Source of the DNA: Candidatus Nealsonbacteria bacterium
Lineage (GTDB): Bacteria; Patescibacteriota; Minisyncoccia; Minisyncoccales; CAZKCU01
Length of the DNA: 64,000 nucleotides
Direction of reading: 5' to 3'
Assembly: GCA_047456305.1 (NCBI GenBank)
Contig: CP179888.1
Coordinates: 317,307-381,306, forward strand
Below, piece after piece: positions 18,762 to 28,601 of this stretch. Positions within the stretch are counted from its first letter, which is position 1. Each line of letters starts with the position of its first letter. Under the pieces are notes generated by a model. It searched no databases. It had not been told where the DNA came from and saw only the letters and a list, made by a program, of their open reading frames with translations. The position numbers were made by a program, and so were the translations under genes.

Positions 18762-19459
18762 GCGCTTTCTATATTATAAGTACTCCAATTGGGAACCTCG
18801 AAGATTTATCATTTAGAGCCCTCCAAATTTTAAGGGGGGTTGATTTAATTTTGTGTGAAGACACAAGAGTGACCAAAAAATTATTGAGTCATTATCAAAT
18901 AAAAACTCCAACCCTAAGTTATCATCAACATTCCAAACTAAAAAAAGTTGAATACATTATTCAACTTTTAAAAGAAGGTAAAAATCTGGCTTTGGTTTCT
19001 GATGCCGGCACCCCGGGAATTTCCGACCCCGGGAATTTATTAGTTAATGAAGTGATTAATAGATTAACAGATAGAGTAAAAATAGTACCGATTCCCGGGC
19101 CTTCGGCAGTAACGGCGGCAGCTTCTATTTCTGGCTTTCCAATGGATAAATTTATTTTTATGGGTTTCCCGCCAACAAAAAGAAAAAGGAAGAAATTTTT
19201 TGAGGAGGTGGTAAATTCAAAATATCCCGTGATTTTTTATGAGTCCCCCTACCGAATAATAAGAACCTTAAAGGAGCTAAGCTCCTTCTTCCTGCAAATT
19301 TGTGGTCAAATTCGTGAAAATTCGCGAAAAATAGTTGTTTGTCGCGAATTAACTAAAAAATTTGAAACAATTTATCGGGGGAAAATTGAAGAGGTAATAA
19401 AACAAATTGAAAAAGACGAAATAAAAGGAGAATTTGTAATTATTGTAGAAGGAAAATAG
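18758..19459 (+). CDS. rsmI: 16S rRNA (cytidine1402-2'-O)-methyltransferase
   Basis: ISTPIGNLEDLS, CEDTR, DAGTPGISDPG, CRELTKKFE motifs. Confidence 0.9.
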   Translation: MSAFYIISTPIGNLEDLSFRALQILRGVDLILCEDTRVTKKLLSHYQIKTPTLSYHQHSKLKKVEYIIQLLKEGKNLALVSDAGTPGISDPGNLLVNEVINRLTDRVKIVPIPGPSAVTAAASISGFPMDKFIFMGFPPTKRKRKKFFEEVVNSKYPVIFYESPYRIIRTLKELSSFFLQICGQIRENSRKIVVCRELTKKFETIYRGKIEEVIKQIEKDEIKGEFVIIVEGK

Positions 19460-19895
19460 CTATTAAAACTATCAAAATTTGGCTAAAAATTCTCCAAAAA
19501 ATGGAGATTTTTTTGTTTTCAAAGAAGTGAATTTTTTGATGAAGCTTATAATGCATTTTTAAAATTTTGTTAGGGAAAACGAAATTTAAAAAATTAAGAC
19601 CATCGGTCAAGATAGCTAAAAAAGCCCCAATAAAAATGATTGGTTGATTTTTTGAAAAAATTAAAATAAGAAAAAGAGCTAAAGAAATGTCTAAAATTAC
19701 TTTTAAAAAATCTGGAAAGAATTTTTTCCACTTTTTTTCGTAAATGTTTTCGTAAATATCTTTACTTGTATAGTCAATATGGGGTATAAAATCCAAAAAA
19801 TAATGACTTAAAAAAGCGAGGAGAAATGCCAAAGGTAAAAATTTAATTTTCGAAACTATGACAGCACCTATAAGAAGATGAGGAGTTGCAATCAT
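19440..19895 (-). CDS. membrane-bound metal-dependent hydrolase-like protein (YdjM/DUF457-like)
   Basis: 151 aa, 4 TM segments, N-terminal THLLIGA and HYFLDFIPH motifs. Confidence 0.35.
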   Translation of the reverse strand: MIATPHLLIGAVIVSKIKFLPLAFLLAFLSHYFLDFIPHIDYTSKDIYENIYEKKWKKFFPDFLKVILDISLALFLILIFSKNQPIIFIGAFLAILTDGLNFLNFVFPNKILKMHYKLHQKIHFFENKKISIFWRIFSQILIVLIAIFLLQ

Positions 19896-19967
19896 GCAAT
19901 TTTAATAAAAATATGATAAAATAAATTATTAAGTTAATTTATATTTGATTGTATTAATTATATTCTA

Positions 19968-21392
19968 ATGTCAACAAAAAACAAAAAATCCTTCCTGATT
20001 TCTACTGCCATAGATTACCCATCGGAGAAACCACATTTGGGCCACTGCTTGGAGAAAGTTCAAGCAGATGTATTGGCTCGATATAAACGGCTTCAGAGTT
20101 TTGATGTGCATTTTAGCACCGGGGCAGATGAACACGGTCTTAAAATTCAAAGACGGGCCCAGAAAACAGGAAAAGACCCTCAGGAATTTGTAGATGAAAT
20201 GAGTGGACATTTTAAAGATTTGTGGAAAGCACTCAATATTTCAAATGATGATTTTATTCGGACGACAGAGAATAGACATCTAAAAATTGTCCAAGAGATT
20301 CTTAAAAAAATAAACAAAAAAGGAGACATTTATAAAGGAAAATATAAAGGTTTATATTGTGTAGAATGTGAGAGTTTCTATTTGCCAAAAGATTTAAAAG
20401 ATGAGAAATGCCCTGTTCATCATAAACCAGTGGAGACGATCGAAGAAGAAACATATTTTTTTAGAATGAGTAAATATCAAAAACAGATTTTGGAGCATAT
20501 TAAAGAAAATAAAAATTTCATTATTCCTGAAAGCAGAAGAAATGAGATTTTAAGTAGATTAAAGATGACTTTGCAGGATTTGAGCATTTCAAGGACAACA
20601 GTTAAGTGGGGGATTCCATTTCCTATGAATAAAAAATTCACCATTGCGGTTTGGCCCGAAGCTTTAATTAATTATTTAACCACTGTAAATTATCCAAGTA
20701 GCAAATTTAAAAAATTCTGGCCGGCAATTCATATTATAGGAAAGGATATCATCTGGCATCATGCAGTAATTTTTCCATGTTTGCTTTTTTCGGCTGGTCT
20801 TAAATTTCCAAAAACTATATTTGTTCACGGATTTATTACAGTTAATGGCCAAAAAATGTCAAAGAGTTTAGGCAATGTTATTGACCCCTTTGAATTGGTT
20901 GAAAAATATAGCACTGATGCCGTTCGCTATTTTCTCTTGCGGGAAATTCCTCCAACTGAAGACGGTGATTTTACTTATGAGAAATTTGAAGAGAGATATA
21001 ATGCTGACCTATCTAAAGGGTTGGGGAATTTGGTAGCTAGAGTTTTGACAATGGCAGAAAAAGTATCAAGTATTAACTACCAACCATCAAAGGGGAAAGA
21101 AATAGAGAAAGTTATCAATAATACTCGCAAGAAATATAAAAAAGCCCTTGATGAATTTAAATTTAATGAAGCCTTAATTTCCATTTGGGAATTAATTAGT
21201 TTTTGCGATAGATATATTGAAAAAGAAAGACCTTGGGAAGAAAAAGAAAATCAAAAAATAGTTATTGGTAATTTGTTATTTACTATTAGTAACATCGCTG
21301 AGATGTTAAGGCCATTTTTGCCAGAAACATCGGAAAAAATACTCAAACAATTAGCAACAAAAAAAAGCAAACCATTATTCCCCAGGATTTAA
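19968..21392 (+). CDS. metG: methionine--tRNA ligase
   Basis: 474 aa; KPHLGH (HIGH), KMSKSLGN, zinc knuckle CVECESF..CPVH. Confidence 0.9.
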   Translation: MSTKNKKSFLISTAIDYPSEKPHLGHCLEKVQADVLARYKRLQSFDVHFSTGADEHGLKIQRRAQKTGKDPQEFVDEMSGHFKDLWKALNISNDDFIRTTENRHLKIVQEILKKINKKGDIYKGKYKGLYCVECESFYLPKDLKDEKCPVHHKPVETIEEETYFFRMSKYQKQILEHIKENKNFIIPESRRNEILSRLKMTLQDLSISRTTVKWGIPFPMNKKFTIAVWPEALINYLTTVNYPSSKFKKFWPAIHIIGKDIIWHHAVIFPCLLFSAGLKFPKTIFVHGFITVNGQKMSKSLGNVIDPFELVEKYSTDAVRYFLLREIPPTEDGDFTYEKFEERYNADLSKGLGNLVARVLTMAEKVSSINYQPSKGKEIEKVINNTRKKYKKALDEFKFNEALISIWELISFCDRYIEKERPWEEKENQKIVIGNLLFTISNIAEMLRPFLPETSEKILKQLATKKSKPLFPRI

Positions 21393-21397
21393 ATAAA

Positions 21398-21670
21398 ATG
21401 AAGTCAGAAAAAATAATTCAAAAAAATAGGAAAAAATTAGATGAAATAACTAGAGATATAACTAAGTTAATTGCGAAAAGAAATAGAATTGTTTTAAAAA
21501 TAGGTAAAATTAAAAAACAATTCGGCTTACCGGTAACTGATTTAAAAAGAGATAAAGAAGTTATTAAAAAAGCCAAAACCATTGCAAAAAAGACTGGAGT
21601 TAATATCGATGCCATTGAAAAAATAATAAAAATTTTAATTAAACATGCAAAAGAAATTCAAAAAAAATAA
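21398..21670 (+). CDS. chorismate mutase (AroQ class, monofunctional)
   Basis: 90 aa all-helical; R..LD.I..DI..L...R pattern and DLKRDKEV. Confidence 0.6.
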   Translation: MKSEKIIQKNRKKLDEITRDITKLIAKRNRIVLKIGKIKKQFGLPVTDLKRDKEVIKKAKTIAKKTGVNIDAIEKIIKILIKHAKEIQKK

Positions 21671-21703
21671 AAGAAGTTTTTGGGCGGTTGAAATAATCTT
21701 CAT

Positions 21704-22534
21704 ATGTTAATCGACACTCACGCTCATTTAAATTTTAATGCCTATAAAAAGAATGTGAAGGAGATTATTAAACGTTCTTTAGATAATAATATCTGGATGA
21801 TAAATATTGGTTCTCAATATGAGACAAGTAAAAGGGCAGTGGAAATAGCAGAAAAATACGAAAAAGGCGTATACGCTGCTATTGGACTTCATCCGATTCA
21901 TTTGGCTAAAGGAATTTTCAAGACAAAAATAGACAAAGAAGAAATTGCATTTGAGACAAATGAAGAGAACTTCGATACTTCAAACTATAGAAGTTTGGGC
22001 AGTTCCTCGAAAGTGGTGGCCATTGGTGAAATCGGTCTTGATTATTATTACCGGCCGAAAACCAAAACCAAACTTGGACAATTCAAAAATAAACAAAAAG
22101 AAGTATTTCTGAAACAACTAGATTTGGCTCAGGAATTGAACTTGCCAGTTATTTTTCACTGTCGAGTGGCTCACGGCGAGTTATTAGAAACATTAAAGTT
22201 TAAAGTTTCAAGTTTCAAGTTTCGGGGCGTCATCCACTGTTTTACCGGAAACTGGATGCAGGCTAAACAATATTTAGAAATGGGATTTTACCTTGGATTT
22301 AACGGAATAATTTTCAAATTAAATTTAGACGAGATAATAAAAAAAACTCCCTTGGAAAGAATTTTAATTGAGACTGATTGTCCTTATCTTGCTCCACCAC
22401 CTTTTGAAAACCAAAGAAACGAACCTCTTTATGTAAAATATATCGCTCAGAGAGTCGCTGAAATTAAAAATCTTAGTTTTGAAGAAATATCTAAAATTAC
22501 TACTAAAAATGCTAAAAAATTATTTAAAATTTAA
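21704..22534 (+). CDS. tatD: TatD family metal-dependent DNase/hydrolase
   Basis: IDTHAHL start, GEIGLDYY, FHCR, ETDCPYL motifs. Confidence 0.85.
   Translation: MLIDTHAHLNFNAYKKNVKEIIKRSLDNNIWMINIGSQYETSKRAVEIAEKYEKGVYAAIGLHPIHLAKGIFKTKIDKEEIAFETNEENFDTSNYRSLGSSSKVVAIGEIGLDYYYRPKTKTKLGQFKNKQKEVFLKQLDLAQELNLPVIFHCRVAHGELLETLKFKVSSFKFRGVIHCFTGNWMQAKQYLEMGFYLGFNGIIFKLNLDEIIKKTPLERILIETDCPYLAPPPFENQRNEPLYVKYIAQRVAEIKNLSFEEISKITTKNAKKLFKI
22194..22221. repeat. 7-nt periodic tandem array H5 inside tatD
   Basis: TAAAGTT TAAAGTT TCAAGTT TCAAGTT; translated LKFKVSSFKF. Confidence 0.75.
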
Positions 22535-22536
22535 AT

Positions 22537-25032
22537 ATGGTCAATTATAATCCTCAGAAAATAGAAAAAAAATGGCAGAGAGTTTGGGAGAAAATAGGAA
22601 TTTTTGAAGCGAAAGACTTTTCCAAAAAGGCAAAGAGCTATATTTTGGTTGAGTTTCCTTATCCATCTGGCGAAGGGCTTCATGTTGGGCATTGCCGACC
22701 TTATATTGCTTTGGATATAGTCAGCCGCAAAAGAAGAATGGAGGGTTTTAATGTTTTGTTTCCTATGGGCTGGGATGCTTTTGGATTGCCAACCGAAAAC
22801 TATGCTATTAAAACCGGGATTCATCCCCGAGAAGCTACCAGGAAAAACATCTCTTTTTTTAAGGGCCAGCAAAAAAGTATAGGTCTGTCTTTTGATTGGA
22901 GCCGCGAAATTAACACTACTGATCCGGACTACTATAAATGGACTCAATGGATATTTACACAGCTTTTTAAAAAAGGCTTAGCTTATAAAAGCAAAATGCC
23001 AATTAACTGGTGCCCGGCTTGTAAAATTGGTTTGGCTAATGAGGAAGTGGTTGATGGAAAATGCGAAAGGTGTGAGACAAAAGTTGTGAAAAAAGAAAAA
23101 GAACAGTGGATGCTGAAAATAACCAGGTATGCCGAAAGACTAATTCAGGATTTAGACAAAGTTGATTACCCGGAGAAAGTTAAGATTCTCCAGAAAGATT
23201 GGATAGGGAAATCAGAAGGCTGGGAAATAACTTTCAAGTTCAAAGATTCAAGTTCAAAGATTCAAGTATTCACTACTCGGGCAGATACCCTTTTTGGAGC
23301 TACTTATTTGGTGGTAGCTCCTGAGCATCCAATAATTCAAAATCTGAAATCTAAAATCCTAAATCTTAAATCTGTAGAGAAATATATTGAAGAATCCAAG
23401 AAAAAGATTGAGAGAGAAAGAATTAGTGAAATTAAAGAGAAAACTGGAATAGAAGTTAAAGGAATAAAAGCAGTCAACCCGGTCAATTTGAGACAAATTC
23501 CCATTTTTTTAGCAGATTATGTTTTGATGCACTATGGCACTGGGGCAATTATGGCTGTTCCAGCTCACGACCAAAGAGATTTTGATTTTGCCAGACAATA
23601 TAATTTGCCAATGATTGAGGTGATTAAACCTTTTAAAGAAAAAAAAGAATTACCAAAAGAAGCTGGAATAGTGGTTTCCAACGGTAGATTTAAAAAAGCT
23701 TATGAAGAAGAAGGATATTTAATTAATTCTGGAAGATTTAATGGAATAGGTTCAGAAATTGCCAAAGAAAGAATTGGTGAGTGGTTAGAAAGAAAAGGTT
23801 TAGCAAAAAAAACTGTCCATTATAAATTAAGAGATTGGATTTTTTCTCGGCAGCGTTATTGGGGAGAGCCAATTCCAATGATAAAGTGTGAGAGATGTGG
23901 TTGGTTGCCGGTAGCAGAAAAAGATTTACCGGTTAAACTTCCTCGAGTTAAAAAATATCAGCCGACTGAGACTGGCGAATCCCCATTAGCAGCAGTTGAA
24001 AATTGGGTAAATGTCAAATGCCCTAAATGTGAAGGTCCTGCCAAAAGAGAAACCGATGTTATGCCAAACTGGGCTGGTTCTAATTGGTATTATCTTCGCT
24101 ATTGTGATCCCAAAAACGATAAAAAATTAGCCAATCCAAAATTACTTAAATATTGGATGCTAGTAGACTGGTATAATGGAGGCATGGAACATACTACTTT
24201 GCATCTTTTGTATTCTCGTTTTATTTATAAATTTTTATGGGACATAGATGCCTTTCCAAAGTCTATTGGCCCTGAGCCATATAAGAAACGAACTTCTCAT
24301 GGAATGATTCTTGGCGAAGGAGGAATTAAAATGTCCAAATCTCGGGGCAACGTAATTAACCCTGAACAAATTATAAAGCAATACGGCGCTGATACTTTGA
24401 GAATTTACGAGATGTTTATAGGGCCCTTTGCTGAAACTATCGCTTGGGATACCAAAGGAGTAAAAGGAGCAAAGAGGTTTTTAGATAAAGTCTGGAAATT
24501 AGCTAATCAATTTTCCTATTCTCAGAAATCTAAAAGCTCTTCTGTTTTAAGAAAATTACTTCATCAGACTATTAAAAAAGTTTCAGAAGACATTGAATCT
24601 TTAAAGTTCAATACAGCTATTAGCTCGCTGATGGAGTTTTCTAATAATTGGCAAAAAGAGAAGGGAGGATTAGAAAAAGGAGATTTTAAAAATTTCCTAA
24701 AGATTTTTTCTCCTTTTGCTCCTCATATGGCAGAAGAACTTTGGCGAAAATTAAAAGTTAAAGGAGACCTTAAAGATTATAAGAAAAGAGATTCAATTTT
24801 CTTTCAGCCCTGGCCAAAATATGACCCAAAATTGATTAAAGAGAAAAAAATAACTTTAGTTATTCAGGTCAATGGTAAAATTCGTGATAAAATAGAAGTT
24901 GAAGCAGATATAAAAGAAGAAGAAGCAAAAGAACTTGCTTTGTCTCAAGAAAAAATCAAAAAATGGATAGAAGGAAAAGGGATAAAAAAAGTAATTTTTG
25001 TCCCCGGAAAACTTATAAATATAGTAATATAA
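22537..25032 (+). CDS. leuS: leucine--tRNA ligase
   Basis: 831 aa; FPYPSGEGLHVGH (HIGH), KMSKSRGN, CP1 editing domain. Confidence 0.95.
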   Translation: MVNYNPQKIEKKWQRVWEKIGIFEAKDFSKKAKSYILVEFPYPSGEGLHVGHCRPYIALDIVSRKRRMEGFNVLFPMGWDAFGLPTENYAIKTGIHPREATRKNISFFKGQQKSIGLSFDWSREINTTDPDYYKWTQWIFTQLFKKGLAYKSKMPINWCPACKIGLANEEVVDGKCERCETKVVKKEKEQWMLKITRYAERLIQDLDKVDYPEKVKILQKDWIGKSEGWEITFKFKDSSSKIQVFTTRADTLFGATYLVVAPEHPIIQNLKSKILNLKSVEKYIEESKKKIERERISEIKEKTGIEVKGIKAVNPVNLRQIPIFLADYVLMHYGTGAIMAVPAHDQRDFDFARQYNLPMIEVIKPFKEKKELPKEAGIVVSNGRFKKAYEEEGYLINSGRFNGIGSEIAKERIGEWLERKGLAKKTVHYKLRDWIFSRQRYWGEPIPMIKCERCGWLPVAEKDLPVKLPRVKKYQPTETGESPLAAVENWVNVKCPKCEGPAKRETDVMPNWAGSNWYYLRYCDPKNDKKLANPKLLKYWMLVDWYNGGMEHTTLHLLYSRFIYKFLWDIDAFPKSIGPEPYKKRTSHGMILGEGGIKMSKSRGNVINPEQIIKQYGADTLRIYEMFIGPFAETIAWDTKGVKGAKRFLDKVWKLANQFSYSQKSKSSSVLRKLLHQTIKKVSEDIESLKFNTAISSLMEFSNNWQKEKGGLEKGDFKNFLKIFSPFAPHMAEELWRKLKVKGDLKDYKKRDSIFFQPWPKYDPKLIKEKKITLVIQVNGKIRDKIEVEADIKEEEAKELALSQEKIKKWIEGKGIKKVIFVPGKLINIVI
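23233..23267. repeat. 7/14-nt periodic tandem array H6 inside leuS
   Basis: TTCAAGT TCAAAGA TTCAAGT TCAAAGA TTCAAGT; translated FKFKDSSSKIQV. Confidence 0.8.
23341..23375. repeat. 7-nt periodic tandem array H7 inside leuS
   Basis: AATCTGA AATCTAA AATCCTA AATCTTA AATCTGT; translated NLKSKILNLKSV. Confidence 0.8.
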
Positions 25033-25043
25033 TTAAAAATTGA

Positions 25044-25097
25044 TAGGCGATGAGGACTTCGTCCTCATCTTCACCTTCGCTTCTGCGGAAGCTCGGT
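25044..25097 (+). repeat. Family A repeat, copy A4 (forward)
   Basis: TAGGC-GATGAGGAC TTC GTCCTCATC-TTCACCTTCGC-TTC TGCG GAA-GCTCGGT; 27 nt before ATG 25125. Confidence 0.8.
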
Positions 25098-25124
25098 AAT
25101 TAATTAATATTGTAGTTTAAATAT

Positions 25125-26807
25125 ATGGGAGAAGTTCTCTTAAATAAATCTGGTAAAAAAAATATTTTATTAGGTAACGAAGCCATTTGTCGGGGAGCTT
25201 TGGAATCAGGGGTTCAATTTGTTTCTACTTATCCTGGAACCCCGGCTTCAGAAATTGGAAATACCTTTTTTAAACTTTCTCAAGCAGGAAAATATAAAGG
25301 TTATTTTGAGTTTTCTACCAATGAAAAAGTAGCTTTGGAAGCAGGAATTGGAGCTTCTTTTTCTGGTTTGAAAACTTTGGTGGCAATGAAAAATTTTGGG
25401 ACAAATGTTGCTTTAGATGCTTTAATTCCCTTTGTTTATACGGGAACCAAAGGCCCTACAGTAATAATATCTGCCGATGATCCTTCCTGCCACAGTTCAG
25501 CTCAATCGGAAGAGAATACCAGAGGGATTTCTTATTTAGCTCATATTCCAACTTTGGAACCTTCTGACCCTCAAGAATGCAAGGATTTTACAAAATTAGC
25601 TTTTAAAATTTCTGAAAAATTCAAAATTCCAGTAATGATAAGAACTACAACCAGAGTTGCTCACCAGCGAGCAATAGTAGAGCTCTCAAATATTCAACAC
25701 CCAAGGTTGGTAAAGGGTGGATTTGTTAAAGACCCTAAAAGATTCGTGACCATGCCTCCGAGAGTTTTAGAAATGAAAAAAGAGCTGCTTAAAAAAATCG
25801 AACAAATCAGAAAATTTTCCGAAAAAAACCCTATAAATTCAATCTCCCGAGCGGTAGCGAAAGGAAAAGAAGAAGATTTATCTTCTTCGCCCTATCGATT
25901 TACGAAATCAATAGATGGAGTGGGGGTGATTACTTCAGGGATTGCTTATTTATATGTAATGGAGGCATTAAATGAGCTTAATTTAAAATTGCCAGTTTTG
26001 AAGCTGGGATTTTTTTATCCCCTGCCGGAAAAGAAAATTCAAAATTTCATTAAAAAATTTAAAAAAGTTTTGATTGTTGAAGAATTAGAGCCATATTTAG
26101 AAAAAGAAATAGAAAGATTAGCAAAAGATGTAAACTCCGAATTAGAGGTAATTGGCAAAAAAATACTATCTGAAGTTGGTGAATTAAAACCCGAAAATGT
26201 AATCTTAGCCATCGCTAAAATTACTGGAAAAAACTACCAACTAAGAACTAAAAACTATCAACTAAAGACTAAGCGTTCTCCTCAGCTTTGTCCAGGTTGT
26301 CCTTATTGGTTAGTTTTTGGAGCAGTTAAAAAAGCGGTTGACTCAAAGAAGGTAATTTTTGGTGGAGACATTGGCTGCTATATGTTGGCTGGCCTGCCTC
26401 CTCATTTCCTTCAAGATTATCTTTCTTGTATGGGTTCTTCAATAGGAATTGCTCACGGGATAAAAAAAGTGACTGGTCAAAAATTAATTACTTTTATTGG
26501 TGACTCAACTTTTTTTCACGCCGGTATCCCAGCTTTGATTAATACAGTTTTCAATAAATCCAATCCTTTAATTATCGTAATGGAGAACCAAACCACTGCA
26601 ATGACCGGTCACCAGCCCCATCCGGGGGCGCCAGCCAAACCAGATGGAATTAAAATAGAAGAAATTGTTAAAGCTTGCGGTGTAAAGAATTTAAAAGTAA
26701 TTGACCCTGTCAATCAAAAAGACTTTATCGCTACCATTAAAGAATTTTTGAACAAAAAAGATGTATCAGTAATTATAGCTCGCCATCCATGCGTAAGGAT
26801 AAAATAG
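25125..26807 (+). CDS. iorA: indolepyruvate:ferredoxin oxidoreductase alpha subunit
   Basis: 560 aa; TPP-binding 2-oxoacid:ferredoxin oxidoreductase pattern, CPGCPY and GDIGCY motifs; followed by iorB. Confidence 0.85.
   Translation: MGEVLLNKSGKKNILLGNEAICRGALESGVQFVSTYPGTPASEIGNTFFKLSQAGKYKGYFEFSTNEKVALEAGIGASFSGLKTLVAMKNFGTNVALDALIPFVYTGTKGPTVIISADDPSCHSSAQSEENTRGISYLAHIPTLEPSDPQECKDFTKLAFKISEKFKIPVMIRTTTRVAHQRAIVELSNIQHPRLVKGGFVKDPKRFVTMPPRVLEMKKELLKKIEQIRKFSEKNPINSISRAVAKGKEEDLSSSPYRFTKSIDGVGVITSGIAYLYVMEALNELNLKLPVLKLGFFYPLPEKKIQNFIKKFKKVLIVEELEPYLEKEIERLAKDVNSELEVIGKKILSEVGELKPENVILAIAKITGKNYQLRTKNYQLKTKRSPQLCPGCPYWLVFGAVKKAVDSKKVIFGGDIGCYMLAGLPPHFLQDYLSCMGSSIGIAHGIKKVTGQKLITFIGDSTFFHAGIPALINTVFNKSNPLIIVMENQTTAMTGHQPHPGAPAKPDGIKIEEIVKACGVKNLKVIDPVNQKDFIATIKEFLNKKDVSVIIARHPCVRIK
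25846..25891 (-). repeat. Family A repeat, copy A5 (reverse), in frame inside iorA
   Basis: CCCGAGC-GGTA-GCGAAAGGAAAA-GAAGAAGAT TT ATCTTCTTC-GCC; translated SRAVAKGKEEDLSSS. Confidence 0.7.
25892..25916. repeat. REP-like palindrome, copy R1, in frame inside iorA
   Basis: CTATCGATTTACGAAATCAATAGAT, same sequence as the copies flanking the Y1 transposase at 62530 and 63060; translated PYRFTKSID. Confidence 0.8.
26232..26273. repeat. 7-nt (21-nt) periodic tandem array H8 inside iorA
   Basis: AACTACC AACTAAG AACTAAA AACTATC AACTAAA GACTAAG; translated KNYQLRTKNYQLKTK. Confidence 0.8.
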
Positions 26808-27376
26808 AAAAATTTAATATGTTAATTGTTGGCACTGGCGGTCAAGGGCAAATTACTCTTTTGCAGATTTTAGCCCAAGCTGCTTTATTCGAAGGTAAAG
26901 AGATTAGGACTTCAGAGCTTCATGGTTTGTCTCAAAGAGGGGGTTCGGTTGAAGTTCATATTAGGTTTGGCAAAAAAATCCATTCTCCTTTAATTCTTCT
27001 AGGAGAAGCAGATTTAATTTTAGGATTAGAAATGCAAGAAGCTTTAAAGGCTTACTCCTTTGCCAATTCGGGAACCACTTTTTTACTTAACAAAAAGATT
27101 ATTTCTATTTCTTTAGCAAAATCTTTATCTGAAAAAGAGATTTTAAAGTGCCTAAAAAAGATTAGCAAAAATATTATTTTAGTTCCGGCAGAGGAAATCT
27201 GCCAGGAAAAACTGGGAGCTAAAGTAGTCGCTGGAATTTATCTAATTAGTTTAGCCTCCTTTAAAAATTTAATTCCGATTAAACCAAATTCAATTTTAAA
27301 AGCAATTAATAAAATTATTCCGAAAAAATATCTGGAATTAAATAAAAAAGCTTTTAAGCTCGCTAAAACTTATTAA
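26789..27376 (+). CDS. iorB: indolepyruvate:ferredoxin oxidoreductase beta subunit
   Basis: 195 aa; GTGGQG motif; overlaps the iorA end. Confidence 0.75.
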   Translation: MRKDKIEKFNMLIVGTGGQGQITLLQILAQAALFEGKEIRTSELHGLSQRGGSVEVHIRFGKKIHSPLILLGEADLILGLEMQEALKAYSFANSGTTFLLNKKIISISLAKSLSEKEILKCLKKISKNIILVPAEEICQEKLGAKVVAGIYLISLASFKNLIPIKPNSILKAINKIIPKKYLELNKKAFKLAKTY

Positions 27377-27392
27377 CTAACCCTTCTTTACT

Positions 27393-28601
27393 GTGATAAA
27401 AAACTTACAGGCAATAATTTTAGCCGCCGGAAAAGGCAAGAGATTTCAACCTCTTACCGAAACCCGACCAAAACCTCTTTTAAAAGTTTTAAATAAAACT
27501 ATTTTAGAATATAATTTGGACCAATTAAATAATTTAGTAGGAGAGGTAGTTTTAGTCATTGGTTATCAAGGCGAGAAAATAAGAAACCTTATTGGAGAGC
27601 ATTACAAAAACCTAAAAATAAAATATGTTTTTCAAAAAGAGCAATTAGGAACGGGTAATGCGGCAAAAAAGACTCTTTCTTTAATTAAAGATAAATTTTT
27701 ACTTTTAAACGGCGATGATTTATACGATAGAGAGGATATTAAAAAATGCTTTAAAAAATATCCTTGTATTTTGTTAGCTCGGGTAAAAAATCCTTCTAAT
27801 TTCGGGATTGTTTCTTGTAAGGGAAGATTTGTTAAAGGTATAGTTGAAAAACCAAAAGAGCCAGCAGATAACTTAGTAAATACCGGGCTTTATTTTTTAC
27901 CAAAACTAATTTTTAATTTCAAAATTAAAAAATCGTTGAGAGGTGAGTATGAATTCACTGATTATTTAAGGGAATTTATAAAAAAAGAAAAATTATTTTT
28001 TGTTAAGGCAAAAAAATGGCACTCTCTTTCTTATCCCTGGGATTTATTTGAAGTTAATGAGCTTTTAATAAAGAGAGAAAAAGGAATTAGGGAAGGTAAA
28101 ATTGAGAAAGAAACCCAACTAAAAGGAAAAGTAATAATTAAAAAAGGAACTCTAATTAAGAGCGGGAGCTACCTTGAAGGCCCGATTTATATTGGGAAAA
28201 ACTCTCAGATCGGGCCAAATTGTTATATAAGAGGACCTGTTAGTATTGGTTCAAATTGCCGAATTGGCCGAGCGGTAGAAATAAAAAATTCAATTATAGG
28301 AGCCAATGTTGAAATTTCTCATTTAAGCTATATCGGCGATTCAATAATTGGAGAAGATTGTAACCTTGGGACAGGAACAATTATTGCCAATCTCCGATTT
28401 GACAAAAAAACAATTAGATTAATGACTAATGGGAAATTGGTTGATACCGGGAGAGAGAAATTTGGCTGCGTCTTAGGAGATAATGTTAAAACCGGAATAA
28501 ACGTTTCTATAATGCCAGGACTATTAATTGGTTCTAATTGCTTAATTTATCCTAATTCTTTAGTAAAGAGAAATATTAAAGATAAAGAGATTTTCAAATG
28601 A
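27393..28601 (+). CDS. sugar-1-phosphate nucleotidyltransferase with C-terminal left-handed beta-helix (archaeal GlmU-like)
   Basis: AIILAAGKGKRFQPLT..PKPLL nucleotidyltransferase signature; hexapeptide repeats in the C-terminal half; GTG start. Confidence 0.7.
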   Translation: MIKNLQAIILAAGKGKRFQPLTETRPKPLLKVLNKTILEYNLDQLNNLVGEVVLVIGYQGEKIRNLIGEHYKNLKIKYVFQKEQLGTGNAAKKTLSLIKDKFLLLNGDDLYDREDIKKCFKKYPCILLARVKNPSNFGIVSCKGRFVKGIVEKPKEPADNLVNTGLYFLPKLIFNFKIKKSLRGEYEFTDYLREFIKKEKLFFVKAKKWHSLSYPWDLFEVNELLIKREKGIREGKIEKETQLKGKVIIKKGTLIKSGSYLEGPIYIGKNSQIGPNCYIRGPVSIGSNCRIGRAVEIKNSIIGANVEISHLSYIGDSIIGEDCNLGTGTIIANLRFDKKTIRLMTNGKLVDTGREKFGCVLGDNVKTGINVSIMPGLLIGSNCLIYPNSLVKRNIKDKEIFK

